NCBI GenBank assembly: GCA_013239625.1
Contig: MU055362.1
Span: 14,615,405 to 14,679,404 of the forward strand
Reading direction: 5' to 3'
DNA: 64,000 nt
From: Lama guanicoe
Taxonomy: Eukaryota
Position 1 is the stretch's first letter, and every line of letters starts with the position of its first letter. Below the pieces are notes generated by a model. It ran no database searches. It was not told the origin of the DNA and saw nothing but the letters and a program-made list of their open reading frames with translations. The position numbers and the translations under genes are program-made. Of this stretch, positions 36,801-51,261 are shown piece by piece.

Positions 36801-39800
36801 TCACCTGGTTCTTCTGCTTTCAAGCCAGCCCTGTGTCCCAGACCTCGCTGCACAGCTGACACAAACGCACCTCCTTGAACTTAAAAAGCTTTTGGACTTT
36901 TGGTGGGGCCAGAGCATCTTGTTGACGCTGATGTGGCAGCTGGGAGGAAGGTTCTAGCCTGTCCTTAGCACCCCCACCTCTCAGCCCCCATGGGGCTTTC
37001 CCACTGCTTCCAGGGCCTAGGTGAAGTTAGAGCCAGGCTGGGTATGAACTCTGATCCAGAGACCAGGACAGAGAGGGGATGGGGACATTGTAGGCAAAGG
37101 GACAGACCAGGGTTGGGGAGCAGGAGCTGATGATGATATTTCTCACTTCCTGGGGAGTGAAGTTAGAGTCTTGCATGGCTGAGGGCTAGGACGCAGCTAG
37201 GATGTGCTGGGCTTGTCACTGCCAAGGCATGTTTAAAGGGAGGAAGATCTTCATGGCCCACCTTGACCCCCAGATATCTGTTTCCTTATTCCATCCAGGC
37301 CTGCCCACCCTAGAACCACTTCTAGAACAGTGTGTCTCCTCCAAGGGTCCTGTGATGGTGGGATGACCCCATGGAGGCCAGGAGATGGTGGTCTGGAGGG
37401 CACGTGAGGTCAGTGACTTCCTGGCTTCCTTCCCTATCTCTCTGCCATCAGGAACAAGGATCTTCCTACTGACTGTGGTAGGGGGTTGAAAGGCTGGCTC
37501 TCTTTCAGAGTGGAGAAAACCAAACCAAGCAATTAAGCGAGCATGAAATTGGGGGCTAGAGTTCAGGCATTCATTCATTCCCCAACCTTTATCTCCTGCT
37601 GTGTGCCAGGCACCAAGGCCCAGAAATGAGCAGAGAAGATTTAATCCCCATGTCACGGAGCTGACAGTCTCCTGGGGAAGCAGGCATTGACCTGCTCGAC
37701 GCAGCTGAGGCACTGCAATTGCTAGCGTTCTGTGAGGCAGGGTGGTGACTCTACAGACCCCTCCAAGTTGGGTGTTGGGGGTGGGGGTGGGGGCACCAGA
37801 GATGGATTAGGGCAGAGGTGGGGAGAGCTCCCTGATTGGTGCCCATGGGTGTCAGTCACCACTGCCTGACTAATCACTGTAACTGTGATGAGGCTAAAAT
37901 GAGACACTTGGCCCCTGGCAGCCTCTGGGTGTGGCCTTTTCTCCTTGGGTTGGGGTAGGATCTGTGCTAGACCACATCTTAGGAACTAAGAAGAGGAGAT
38001 GGTTTCCAGAGGCGGGATAGACAGGAAGAGAAGGAAATGAGGCAGAAGAAGCTCAAAGAGAGAACCCTCCGAAACCACACTAACCCAGCGGGGGCTCCAG
38101 GCTGGTCATCCTAGGCCCAGGGTATCCCAGCCTCACCTTAAACCCATTTTCTGCTCTCTGGAGATGATTGATACCAGAAACTATGGGAAAGACAAGAAAA
38201 GGATTGTTGAAGCACCTCCTGTATATCGCACAGTGAGCCAACACCTTCTGTCCTGTAATCACCACCACTGCCCTGTAAAGCACAGACTTCCCATTTTACA
38301 GATGAAAAATCTGAGGCCCAGTGGTTCAGGTAATTTGCTCACTTCTTCCCCAAACCCCTCTGCTGCCTCTTGGTTAATCCTCTGCGGTTCCCTAGGGCAG
38401 AGGCACCACGGAGAGGGAAGCTGTTTTTTGTGTGCTTTTATCCCTGCCCACCCTCTGGGGCAGCAGAGCTCAGGGGCTGCTCCTCTTCCAGCGCATGGAG
38501 GAGGGCTTTGTTTGTGTTCCCTGTATAAGACTCGCTGGCCCTGGCCTGTAAGGCTGCTTTGAATGGGCTTGGGGAGGGGCTGCTAATACGTCTTTGTGCA
38601 TTCTTCAGGGAGCCTCACCCAGGGCGTGGGCTAGTCCCTCGTGCCTGTGGGACCTCCCTGAGCTTTGCTTTTCCATTCCTGTGAGGGGAGAGGCCCGCGT
38701 GAAAAAGGCCCAATCAGGTGTACAGACTGTGAGAGCTTGCTGGTGAGGGTATTAACTTACTGGGTGATCTTGGGCAAGTTATGCAACAAGCAAGAAGAGT
38801 CTCCCAGCCTCAGATTCCTGTGAGCAAAGCCCTCCAGGTGAGCTGGGGGTGCTCTGAGTCAGAGGCACCTCCCCCAGTTCAGGGACTAGACGAGGGAACA
38901 CTGCCCAGGGGCTGAAGAGCTGCACTGGATTCTAGCTGGGCAGACGGCCTTGGGGCCAGGCCGGTGGGGGCTGTAAAGCAGATGCCCAGTGCTGACCTCA
39001 GAGATACTGAGACCCAGGGAAGCTGGAGAGACTGTGGTGTGGGTGGAAAAGCCAGGGAAGGTGGAGGAAGCCTTATGCCCTTCCATCCTTGCGCCCTTCC
39101 ATCCTTGCATTTTGTGTTCAACAGCTGCTCCCTGAGCCCCTTCTTTGTCCAAAACACTGAGCCAGGCGGGGACTCGACAGCATGCCAAGATGAGCAGGAC
39201 TTGGCCTTTGTCCTCAAAGAGCTCTAGGTCTAGCTGGGTTGACAGCCAACCCAAACCTAAGGTCACAGTGCTGGGGGAACATCAGGGCACAAGAGCAGAA
39301 GGGCAGCTCACAGGGAGTCACAGGAACTTTGCAAAGGTGGTGGCTTTGAAACATGAGGCTAGGGCACAGTGATGGATCAGAAAGACAAACACATTTGGGG
39401 GCGTCTGAGCCCTGCTGGGTGTGCACAAAAGAGCAAGATAGCGTTTCCGTTTGGGCCACATGAAAGGCTTGTGTTCAGATCCCACTCTTTCACTGAGTAG
39501 CCAGTATATGACCATCTTGCTCCTCAATTTCCATATCTATAAAATGAGAAGAATATTTTGAAACCCATGTAAGAAGATTGTCAAGTGGAATTTCATTTTG
39601 TTTGATTTTCTCTAATAGACAGAGATGGGCTACTATCCAGTTTGAGGGGAAACTGTATCTGGAGGCAAGTTAGGAGTCCATCAGTTTCCTCTACTTGCTT
39701 GGAATAAGGATCCCCCCGTCCCCATCCACCTACAACCCAGAGACTCCCCAAAGCATTTTCCCCCATCTCTTCCTCAGTGTAGCTCTCCAGGGGTAAGTGG

Positions 39801-39931
39801 GGCAGGGGGCTTTGTTTTCATGTTTCAGAAGGGTATATGGCTTGCACAAGACCCCAGAACTTGCTAGTGGCCACGCTTGGATTTAAATCAGGGGGCTGCA
39901 TGTCCTTAACCCAGGGCTCCTTCTGCAGGAT

Positions 39932-40327
39932 CAGTGTTTCCCAGAGATTAGGGCATATAAATGAGTGGTGGACCCAGCATTAAACGGCATTGAATCTCAT
40001 CATGAGAAGGTTACTTCCTTTCAGTCATTTCACTTCACACTGGGGCAAGTTTCCATTTGGGACTCCTGTGTTGTTGAAACCTGCTGATGTTGTTTGACCA
40101 AGAGAAAATCTAGCCTGAAATCCGTAGCACTTTATTTCATTGTATGTGTTTTTCCAGTTATCTTCTATTATGCCAAGGGATGCTGATTTTCCATTCAGCG
40201 TAACATAGGAAAACGTATTTTTGAAGCACACGTGTAAGGTTTTATTAAAGAAAACACTAGTACAGGTGCTGGTCAGATAGTTTTTTGCATTTGCTGCTCT
40301 ATGATGCCTGATGTTTGGGGAACACAG
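39932..40327 (+). mobile_element. MER113-like hAT-Charlie element
   Basis: TIR-like ends cagtgtttccca...tttggggaacacag; internal cattgaatc..tgagaaggttacttcc; TSD-like ctgcagga / ctacagga. Confidence 0.68.
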
Positions 40328-41087
40328 CTACAGGACCCCAAGCAGGACAGTCCTAGGTACCATCCTTCTCCCACAGTCTCCTAGGGTGACATCAAAGGTT
40401 CCCAAATTCCAACTGGGAAAGAAGCCTGGAAAAGCATGAGCCTTCGTGGTGGCTACTCCCCACACCACGTGGAAGAATCCACGTTGTCAGAGAGCTGTTG
40501 ACGTCAGGCGGTGCAGGTTTTTGCAAGACCTCTATTTAAAATTCCCCAGAAATTAAAGAAGGAGGGTTTGGAGGGAGGAATGCCCTAGACAAATTGCCGA
40601 CTGGGTTTCTCTTGTTTATGGGCATGGTCTTTAAAGTTGAAATTGCCCCCGTTTTATTTTTGGTTCAATTGAAGAGGGGCTGAACTCAGCTGGAAGGGAG
40701 GGGATGGTTGTCATTCTAAGGCTTGTAGTTGAAATCAGCTCAATTTTGGAGCCAAGAAGCCTCCATTTTTAGAAAAGGGAAAAGATACACAAACTCGTAT
40801 ATGTGTACTTATTAGGCACTGGGGTAAACTAGTTAAGAGGATGAAGATAACCCCTTATATTTCAAATGAGTGGCAACAGCTACAGAAGGTTCCCTCAGCT
40901 CTTTTCTCTAGACTGGGTATATACATATTAGGCACCAGATACATTGCTGGGTGGCTCCCACTCTTTTCATTTTGATTTCTCTGCACAACCCTTTTAAGTA
41001 CATGCCATTTAATATTCTCATCTCACTAATGAGGGCACTTCATCCTCTTTCATCAGCCTTTTTGAATGAGCAAGTATCATTCTAAAG

Positions 41088-41560
41088 TTGGCTTCCTAAA
41101 ACTGTCACCCACATAACACCATGGTAATGGGATGCTTTTGTAGATGGTATAGAGAGGCAGTATGAAATATTTCTGCAACATATAGTGAAAAAAGTTTCTC
41201 CCATTTCAGTTCTCTTCCAAGCCGTCTGATTTATCTCAGCTCGATGGTCAGCTGTCTCTGACCCTTCTCTAATAAACCTCCCTCTGTAACAAAGAGGAAG
41301 TGGGCTGCAGGCGCAGCTCTCTTCAGCCACACCACAGCTCAAATTGACTCCATTGCTTTGTTCTCTGTAATTTTATGGTTGGGGCTGGTGATCCTAAGTG
41401 TTTACCATGATGGCAATCTGAAGTTTCCTAAACAAATTATTTTCTTGAAGTTAAAAAAGATGGATTGCTTTAAATATATATTTACTATGTGAACCACAGT
41501 ATACATAGTTCAAGGATACAGCAAAAATTATCCATGGTGTGGAAATATCTGAGGCTTTAG
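41088..41560 (+). mobile_element. Second, longer MER113-like element
   Basis: atagtgaaaaaagtttctccc..ttcagttctcttcc, taacaaagag and gatacagcaaaaatt match the recalled MER113 consensus. Confidence 0.6.
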
Positions 41561-43509
41561 AAATGCTGATCCAAAGTCACTCTCTCCCAGCAAAGCCCTC
41601 TCGTAAGACCTTGTGCCAGGAAACCATCAGCTGGGGTGTCCCTCCCTTGCCCTGCTGTGTGGGCTCATGGAGGCTACCTGGAGATGGGGGAAGAAACCAC
41701 CTGTTAGCCCCCTCGGGGGATGAAGGGGGAGAGCCACGCCTATGATTCTCCTGAGAATAGGGTCTGCTTTGTGGACACTGATGGAATGGAGGAGAAGCAA
41801 GTGAAGGCACTGATTTCCCGGTTCATCGGTCAGATGGAAATTCAGGGAACCAAATAGAAAGTGCAGGTGGATGGCCTCTTTCTGCAAAGGTAGGAACAGC
41901 TAGAGTCGTCTTTAAGGAGAGCTGAGTGGATGCTGTACTCACTGAGGAGTCAGACTTGGGCACCAATCCTGGCACTGCTTCTTTTTAGCCAGACATCTGG
42001 GCTGAGTTGCCCAGTCTAGGTGCTTACAATCCCCCAGACTCCAGGACCTTTCCTATCCTCGCTGCCAGGTAAGGTGACCCATACGACTCGAATGCCCAAG
42101 ACACTCCTGTTGGAACTTAGTATTTTGGCATAATTGTGAATAGCATCCCCACATACTCCAAAGAGTATAGACAGTGAATTATAAGATTGCTGTCCTAAGC
42201 CACGTCCTTTTGTCTCTTCATTTATCACTTTTCATCTTGTCACATTTGACCTGTCGTTCCATCTGTTCGGATCTCTTTTTTTTTTTTTTTTTTTTCTGAT
42301 TCTGGCACAGCTTTTGCCCACAGAGATATAGTGTGGCCAACACATCCCCTGTCCTCATCCTAGGACTGATTAAAACACCCACCGCACGTGTTCCCAGTGG
42401 TTGTAACCAGCGAGTTGTCACACCTTTGAATGTGACCTCTGTGGCCAGCCATCAGCTGCGAATCCTTTGGTGCGGCCCTACAGCCCCCAGAGGGATCACG
42501 AGAGCCCCAACGTCCAGACGGCTCAGTTGTGACATGTCCCAGACCCACCGGGCCAGCGGGTCACGTCTTATCAGAATCCTGTGTGGCCTGGCCCACTTCC
42601 TTCCTGTTGTGTCTCTGCTCAGCGCTGCCTTGGTTGTGCTCAGAACCACTTTCCAGGCTCTCCAACCACCCCTCTGGGAACCCACGTTTCCCTTGATCAG
42701 GACCCACATGGAGGTTGCTTACCTCGATTCTGGGATCCCCCTTCTTTGAAAGTTGGGACCACGGCCTGTTCTGCCTCCTCTGGCCCCCCTCCCACCTCCA
42801 CATCTTCCAGGGTTGCTCACGGTAGCCTGTCTGTCAAGTGCTCTGGCCTTTTCTCACAGCCAGCTGATGAGAGCTCACGGAGGGCAGCCAATCCACGCCG
42901 CCTCCATCCTCATCCCCTTGGGGCCACCTGCCCACCCCTCCAGGTCAGCCTTCCAGCGTGAGCCCCTGACTCCTGAGAGGAACCGCTGAGCCTCAGACAG
43001 GCCGCCTTCCCCCGAGAGTCCACAGTCCGCGCCCTGGCTCAGTCTCTTTCATCTCCCTTCCTTCTTACTCTCCCTCTTGCCTGGAACGTGAGGGGAAATG
43101 GACTTTTGTAACGCTGAGTGTTCTTTCAGGGATCCACTTGTGAGACTTTAACCTTCCTGACGTGATTCTGAGAGGTTCACACCTCTGTTCTCTGTTTTTC
43201 TCTCTGCCGCCCCTCCCTCCATCTTTGAATGCCTCACTGGCCCTGCAGAGCCACATCCCACCCACCATTTGCACCCTTTACAGTCAAGTTAGAAAATACC
43301 CGTTTGCCAGACACAGAACTAGACTTCAGTAGAGACCTTCTAAGGTCGAGGCCAAGTGACAGTGACACCAAGAGGCTCTCTCCGTGAGACTCCAGCACCA
43401 AAGACCACTTGTCTCCTTCCTGGCTGTGACATGAGTCACTGTGGGGCACTGAGGTCTTAGATCCTTCTTTAAAATTCACCATGGTTTGCACTTAAACTTT
43501 AGTGATAGC

Positions 43510-43720
43510 TCTTTGGTGTGCGTTGCTAGGAACCGGGTACTGTTCTGAAGGCTTTTCATAGATTAACTCATCCACCAGCACTGTGAGATGTAGGTATACT
43601 GTAGCTCCATTTTACAGATGAGGGAATTGAGGTGACTGCTCAAAATCATGCAGCTTGTAAGTAGCAGAGCTGGGCTTTAAACCCAGGCAACCTGGCTCTG
43701 GAGCCCTTGCTTAAAGCCAT
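43510..43720 (-). mobile_element. MIR SINE
   Basis: ccattttacagatgagggaattgagg...gcagagctgggctttaaacccaggca. Confidence 0.82.
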
Positions 43721-46700
43721 GATTCTCCTCTACCTGCTGTTGTATCATGTGCTGCCTCTGCCTTCCCCTGGGTGCCTCACCCATGGCGTCCGCCTGCCCA
43801 GACCCAGGGCTGGGCTTTCGGCTCATCTCGTGCGGTGGGCAGGCTGGAGCAGGCTTGGGGGAGAGGTGGCAGCCGCCCAGTTCTTGCTGTCTTCTTGCCA
43901 TGGACTCCACAGAGCTTTCCAAACTGTGACGTAGCAGCCTGTGCTAATGGTCTTGGAATTCAGGCCTCAGGCGCCCAGGGAAGGTTCTGGGGCCCTGGTG
44001 GCCTGAGAGCCCCATGTGGGGGAAGAGGAGGCCATGGGCAGCAGAGAAGGGGGCTGAGTGCCAGAGGTGGGACCAGAAGAATGGGTCAGGCAGGAAGGCA
44101 GAGGCTGGGGGGTACATTGGGAGGGACCGGGGGAGCCTCTCATCCTCTCCTGTTTGCTTTGGACTGTGGAGGCCACGTGCTGAGAGCTGGAGTGTGTCTT
44201 GGCAAGAGGCTGCAGTGACAGAGCCTTCTGACCAGGGGAGGCCTGGCCCAGGGTGGCCGCCTTTCGTTGTTCTTAAAGGGACAGATGCTTGGGCAGCCTG
44301 CACTTCCCACGTCTCTGTCCATCTCAGATAGAAGCCTCAGATCTGCTCCAAGATCATGGAACAGGGATCAGGGCAGAAGAAGTCTCTTAGGGCTCAGCCT
44401 TGTGCCAGGTGTGGTGTGACCAGGTGGGTAGGGCTGGTAACATGTGCTGAGCCAGGCCCCCTTCAGCCCCCTTCCTCCTCAGCCTCTCTCCACCACTGCC
44501 TCCACCATCCACCATTGGGTGCCAATAAATTCTCCATCCTCTTCTCCAAACCACACCAAGGAAAGAACATGGGAACGCCAGGACATAGCACTCTTGTAAA
44601 AGGGCCAAAGCCTGAGCCAAGGCATACCTGGAGAATGGAGGCAGGTGTTTGAGGCCTGGGACTGTGCCTCTCCTAGCTCTGACACCCCCTTCTCCGTTCA
44701 GACACTGAAACCCTCGCATAGACCTGGGTGGACAGTAGCACTCCACAGATGCTGGCTCTGGGGTAACTGGTGTTAGACATGTGAAGAACCTGGAGGGAAA
44801 GAAAAGGCAAGACTTGGAGGTCAGCTAAAGGCTGCTGTGTTCTCCCAAACTCTGCCTAATCCTCTCATCCTGCCCGATATCCTCTGGGTGGGTGCCCAGG
44901 GCTAGTGGGAGGCAACCCGGCCCTCCTGCTGGCCCCAGCGCAGTGCTCAGGTCGTGTTTGTGCCCATCCTTGGGGCCATACGGGGGGAGGAGGGGGGAGG
45001 AGAGCCTTCATCCCAGCTGTGGGTTGTTCTCTGCAGGGTCCTGGTGCCTGGAGCAGGGCCCGGCACATACCAGGTGCTCAGTAAAGATTTGGTTATTGAG
45101 GACACCATGTGTCCACAAGACACTAATCCAAGTGCAGCGTAGGATACCAGGCAGCCCTGTGGGCCGGTCATACTACCCTGGTGTGATAAGGCTCGAGGAA
45201 GTCAGGCCTCTTCCAGGTCACCCAGCGAGCACGTGGTGAAGCCACGATCCAAACTGACGTCTGTCTTGGGAGAGCGGCTAAAAATCCTGGGCTGGGGAGG
45301 GTGGGGAGACCTCATGAAGGACAGCACCTCAAAGGACAGGGGGAGTTTCAGAGGAGAGGAAGGAGCAGGGGCCCCCCTCCCCCACCAGCTGTTTTGTCCT
45401 AGGCTGAGCTGTGACCTCAGAAGCCTTTATTAACGTCCTAATTATGTGCAGCTGGCCTCCTCTGGCCCTAATGAGCTCATTATCCACTCTCATTAAGGAG
45501 GCCATTGTGGCCTGGTCACCCTGGGGACAGCAGTGGCCTGGGAGTGCCCGTCACTTCCTGCCGCCCTTGGCTAGGCCCAGCCCCCTCCTAGAGAGGCTAA
45601 GGCCTCCTGCCCCTCTCCCGGCCCCTCGCCCAGGTCCTCCCATCCCCTCCCTCTGTCTCCATCTCTGACTCCCTCTGTGTATGTGTGTCACTGTGTGCCT
45701 CATTCTCAGTTTCTGTCTCTACCCTTTCCATCCTCCCCAGTGCCACCATTGGGAAGTCCCGATTATGCTCAACCTGCAAAGAGGGAGGGTCTGGCTTCTG
45801 GGCCTGAGCTTTTCTGTCTTGGGGCTGCAGGTCTCCATGCCTGACCTGGGATGGCTGGTCCCTTTGTCCTGAGCTGGAGGTGCTGGCCAGGCCTGCCACC
45901 CAGTGCTACCTTCTCCCACCCTCTCCCACCCTCAGCCCTGGGCCATTGTGAACTGGGTTCTTAATGAGGCCCACTGAGCAGGGTTGGCAGCTGTGACAGG
46001 TGACATTGCTGTTCTTTGCCTCCTGGGGAGGGCTGAGCCCTGGCCTGTCAGCCAGCCTGGTTGAATTCCAGTCTTCTCTGGCACTGTGGACATGTGGCAG
46101 TCACAGAGGGAAAGACCGAGACGAGGCAGCTCTCAGTGGCTTGGCCATTTCGGGATTCTTGCAGACAACTTCCCCAGCTTGGGGCTTAGAGACCCCAGAA
46201 GGAAGGCTTCTCCTGCACGTCCAGTGTTCGAGGATTTTTCTCTCAGGGTTCCTTGACATCAGAATGCAGTTTCCCATTCAAAGGAGTGGACGTGCCCCTC
46301 ATCTCATCATAAGCAAAAGGCATCTCAGCATAAGGTACTCCAGCTGGGAAGTCCTACCTGAGCAGAGGCCTGGCAGGTGCTGGTAGAGCATGGCTGCCAA
46401 GCTGAGGCATGGGAGTGTGCTTAGGGGCTCCCCAGCCAGCCCAGGCCCCTTGGGGGTTCCCCACCATCTCCTGTTCCATTAAGTTCTCTGTAACCCCTGA
46501 AAAGGGCTTGCTCCCTTTCTGCCTCGGAACCAGGATTGACTTCTTGGGCAAAATCTGGGTCAGGCAGCCAGTAGGGGAACAGCTGCTCGCTGTCTGGGCA
46601 CAGGTGTGGCCGCTTCATCACTCCAAGGTTAAGTCCTTTAGCAAAACCTTGATGAATTTCCTTTCCCAAGAACAGAGGCTAGGAGGACGAAAGAGGAAGG

Positions 46701-46849
46701 CTAGCAGAGGCTAGCTTGGAGTTTAGATCCATCTTCCTGGGGAAATATGAGAGGTGGCTCAGGCTGGCCCTGGGCCTCCATGAGTGCTGGCCACCTTGCC
46801 TCCCAAATCCTGTAGCTTTTAGTCCTGCATTCAGTAAACCTCATAGCTT

Positions 46850-47175
46850 CCAGTCAGTGGGCACCTACTGTCTGCCAGGCCCCATGTGTTGCTCTTTATC
46901 TTATCCGATCCTCACACTAACCTGTAAAGTAGATGGTAGTCTTACCATTTTGCAGATGAAGAAACCAAGGCTCAGAAAGGTTAATGTACTTTCCTGAGGC
47001 CACAGAGCTTGGACGTGGCAGAGATGGGATTCAGAGTCAGGTTTTAGGCTCTGGACCTCAGTTTCCTCATCCGCTGATCTGTTTGCTGCAAGCTCAGCTC
47101 TGCCCTAGAGACAAAATAGACAAGATACTTATAGTCTCAACGAGACTTATTCTCAGAGTGCATAAAATGCTGTGA
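46850..47175. mobile_element. MIR fragments (antisense, then sense)
   Basis: cattttgcagatgaagaaaccaaggctcagaaaggttaa followed by cctcagtttcctcatc. Confidence 0.72.
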
Positions 47176-48030
47176 ATTGTGGGTCAGAGGGGATGCTTTG
47201 GACACTAACGGGATTTGGGGATCAGTCAGTGAGGGCTTCCTGGAGGAGGTCGGACAAGAGTGGAGGCTGAAGGACCTCTGTCCTAGGAAATTGCATGGGC
47301 TGAAGGACAGAAGCCAGGCTGATGAGGGCCCTGAGACATGATGGGCTAGGAAGAAAACCCCAGGAACTTCTCCCTGGGCCCCATTTCTCGCCATGTTGCA
47401 AAAGATGGCAGCCCCCAAACTCTGTAGATCCCAGTAAATGTGAGTGTACACACACTCACCGCCCCCCTACACTCACACCCAAGTCAGTTCATCAAGCCAT
47501 ATTGAGTACCTCCTGACACACTCTCTGGGGTACATACACCACCTGGCCACCCATGGGCGCTGACTCTTAGCCTAGAATACCAGTCACCCACCACCATGCT
47601 GAGAAAGCTTCTGCCCTCTGCTAGGGCCCAAGCTAAGCTGCTTAGGCCTCATCTATTCATTCCCACAGCCTTGAGAGGTAGGCTTCGTTAGTTACTGCCA
47701 TGTCAGAGAGGGGAGACGGAGGCTTAGGAAGATTTGGTAGTTTCCCCAAGATCACACAGCTAGGAAGTAGCAAGCCAGGACCTGATTTTCAGTCTTTCAA
47801 CCCCAGACTTCTGATTATTACTCTCTACCACCAAAGGATCCTCGCCTGTAGACTCAAGTACACACAGCCTGGATCCCTACTCATGGTGTACACACACAAA
47901 GCAAACACTCAGTGACAGGGACAGACCCACTCACAGACAGGCACGTAGAGAAAGCACCAATATTCGGGGACACAGGTTCTCAAGGAACCTCTACCCTCCT
48001 GTATGTAGCAAATGTGTACCTGATCCACTT

Positions 48031-48215
48031 CTGTGGTGGTGAAGAATATGGGTCCTAGAGCTAGACTGCCTGGTTTTGAGTCCAGCTCTACCTCTTCCTA
48101 ATTGTGATCTTTGCCTCAGTTTCCTCATCTGTAAAGTGGGGATGATGATGACAGCAATGCTTATTTCACAAGATTATTGAAGATTAAATCAAGTAAATGT
48201 GTGTAAAGTTAGCAC
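48031..48215 (+). mobile_element. MIR SINE
   Basis: gcctcagtttcctcatctgtaaagtggggatgat...gaagattaaat. Confidence 0.85.
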
Positions 48216-50394
48216 CAAGTGCTCTCCTGAGCATCTCATCGTGATCATCATCATGTGTGATACATGTACAGCCACACCTCTGTTCCTTGTGCGCAGGCAC
48301 CCACCCACACGTGTACATGGATGTATCCCACCTCCCACGTACTCAAAGATACAGAGCCTTGTCCACACCTAGACACCCCCCCACACCCCCACGCTCTGTG
48401 CCTCTGCAGGAAAGAGGACATGGTATGCACTGGAGGAGAGCCTGGGAGCTCCATGGGCTGGCTGATGCCTGAGTCCTCTTGGCCAGCTGGGCTGCACCCA
48501 GGGGCGGTTCAGGCTCTAATTGCTCGTTGGTGGAGCAGCAGTGCCTTTGGTCAGGAGCCTGGTTGCAGCATTCGACTTCTGAGCTGCTGGCATCTGGGAG
48601 AGGCCTGTCAGCAGCTGTGGGTGGGCGCAGGCCCAGGGAGCCTGCCCTAGAGCCCCGACTGTGTGGCTTGTGCTAGGGCTCCCGGGGGGGCTGCATGGAG
48701 CTGGGGTGGGCAGCTCTGCCCAGGTTCAGCCATGCCCACCTGGGCAGTGATTGAGCCTGTCCACCTTTGGTTTGTGGAAGTGCCCACAGCCAAGCAAGTA
48801 GCGAGCTCTTCTCTGCAGGACCTGCTGCAGGAGGGACCTGAGACTTGGAGCCACACAGCCCAACTCTGCATGTGTCAGGGCTGGAGTGGAAGGCTGGTAG
48901 GGCCACAGAGCCATGCCAGGAGGATGATGAGGGTCTCTGCCCCAAGTCTTGGGGGTGCAGCAGGAAAACAGACTCTTAAGTTGCTGCCCTGGGGTGAGAT
49001 GATCATAGTCAGCCAATAATGTGGCTCAGGCTCCCCAGAACTTCCGGTGCAGCAGAGATTTTGTGGTGGGAAGGACTCAGACAGCCCTGAAACTTCCAAG
49101 GGGTACCCAGGCAGTGTGAGTTGCAGACCATCATGCCACCCTGCACGTTGGGCACCTTGGCCACACATTCAGCTCCTCAGCAAGTCCTTGCCCGCTCACC
49201 CTGGTGCCAGGCCCTTCCCTACCCCCTGGAAGATTCTCTGCGCAGACAAGTCCAGATCTATCCTTTCATCCCAGATCCCTGGCTCCTACGGGAAGGGATG
49301 GAGCAGAAAGTACATGGAAAGATTACTGAAGGGTGAAGTTAGTGGGAAGGGGAGATGATGCCATCAGCAGAAAAGAGAGCTAAATCCTGAGATTATGAGG
49401 TCCTTGGCACCAAAGAGAAAGGTCCATTTGTAGGGCACATTCCCAAGATGGCCATGGGGGCAGATGCAGAGAGAGAACAAGAGGCCAGCAGGCCGTGGGA
49501 CCTGCTTCACAAAGATGAGGACACGGACAAGCTTGGACGGGACAAGCCCTCCTGGTGCCCATAGAGGGACTTGCCTCCTTCACCACTGCAGAGGATGACT
49601 TTGGAGCCCAGATTCCAGAAGTAGAGTGAAGGTTTAGAAGACAGTCACCCCAGCCATCCTCCTGCTTGGAGCTTCAAGTTGCCTGCTTTCCTAGGAAGCC
49701 GTGGGCTCACACGGGAAAGGAGGGAATATGCTCCCACTGAGAGCAAAAGTAGGTTACTTCAGAGGGAGGAGTTGGCAGCGGACACATCTTATTGTTTAAA
49801 AAAAGAAAAAATAGGCTCGGAGGGGCCGGGCACACAGGGATCTTGGCAAATCCTCAACAAGACGCATGCATCCAAGCTCCGCTGTTCCTCTGGGCACATC
49901 CCTGTTTTGTCTGATGACAAGATCCCTGGCCCCGGCCCAGGCCCATCCTGGGGAAACCCTCTCGTGGGAAGAAGGGCTCCCCTTTGAGGCCGGGCCTCAG
50001 GGCACTTCGTCAACCTACTGGGACTTGGCTTGGCTTTGAGGGTGGGGTGGAACTGGGGTGGTCAGTTTGGCAGGGGTCTGGAGGGGATGTGGGAACTAAA
50101 ACCTGTGTGCTTTTGGCATTGGGACCTGGACCTGGGGAGTCACATGAGCGCCTCAGCCTTCAAGATCCTCCTAAAAGTGACTCCAAGGTGGGCATTGTGT
50201 GTGGTAACTGCTCTTTGGGGCTCTTAGAGGTTATCCTGTTGAGTGGAAATTTGGGGAGGGATCACTTACCCAGAGTGGCTCGGAGGGCTCACTGCGGTCT
50301 GTGGTAGCAGGTGCCCAGTGGGCTTGGGTTTTGTTCTCCAGACTTGACTCATGAAGGCAGACCTTAGATTATGATCCTCGATTGCTGGGTAGGG

Positions 50395-50770
50395 ATGGTG
50401 TTAGCAAGTGACTGAAACCCGCTCTGGCTGAGTTAAACAACTCAGCAAGGTCACTGGTTGGCTGTAATTCGGAAGTCCAACAAGGTGGCCTAGCTTTAAG
50501 CACACCTGCACCGTAGAGTCCAATGATGTTAATCAGGACTGACTTTCTCCATCTCTTGACTTTGCTTTATTGACTTAACTCTCTCAGGATGTCTGTTCCC
50601 ACATACCCCAGCAACTCCTTGTTAATGTGGCACTTAGGGTTCAGATCTCCAAAGCACCCATGTCCATTCCTGGAAAAGACCCTGAGCCATTACAGTGTCC
50701 AGGGAGATGACAGACCTGTCAGAACATGATGGCCAGATGTGACCACCCTTGTGATCAAGGAAGCAGAGCC
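50395..50770 (-). mobile_element. Old MLT1 (MaLR) LTR fragment
   Basis: gcaagtgactgaaaccc...caatgatgttaatcagga..ttctccatctcttgactttgcttt; subfamily uncertain. Confidence 0.5.
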
Positions 50771-51261
50771 ACAGGGCAGGGACCTCTGTGAGATGCGGAG
50801 CCCTGTTCCATGAGCTCCAGTCAGGCTCTGTGGAAGACGGGGCTGGGGCCTCTTGGCAGGGACTGTTGGGGTTCCTGAGAGTGTTCCCCCAGTGTCTGGA
50901 GAAGGGGAGAAGACATCCCAGGCAGAGACCCCTGCAAGTCCGTGTCTTCTGGCTTCCTTGGGTTCTCTCAGCCACGGCCTCCTGAGCAGCCACGCCATTG
51001 CAGCCCAGGCCGCAGAGAGGATGGAGGTGCTGCCCCCAGCAGCCCGTTCCATGGCCCTCTGCATGGTAGGCCCAGAATGTGCCAGGGGCTGGGGGTGTCA
51101 TGGGGTGGCCCGCACCCACCCCTCTTGGGGGAAGGACTAGGGAATTGACCTGAATCCAGCAGAGGGAGGGAAAGAAGGCATCTGTCCTGGGTTTCAGAGG
51201 GGCGGTGACCCAGCTCAGGGCTGAGCCTCAGAAGTCCAGACCTTTGTGACTTTTCTTTTCC

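Noticed and set aside
37770-37793. G-quadruplex-like G runs
   Set aside because: Common in this GC-rich isochore, with no distinguishing context.
42277-43330. Poly-T and downstream sequence as a retrocopy
   Set aside because: No TSD or poly(A) signal found; flanks look like very decayed old L1, which I cannot assign confidently.
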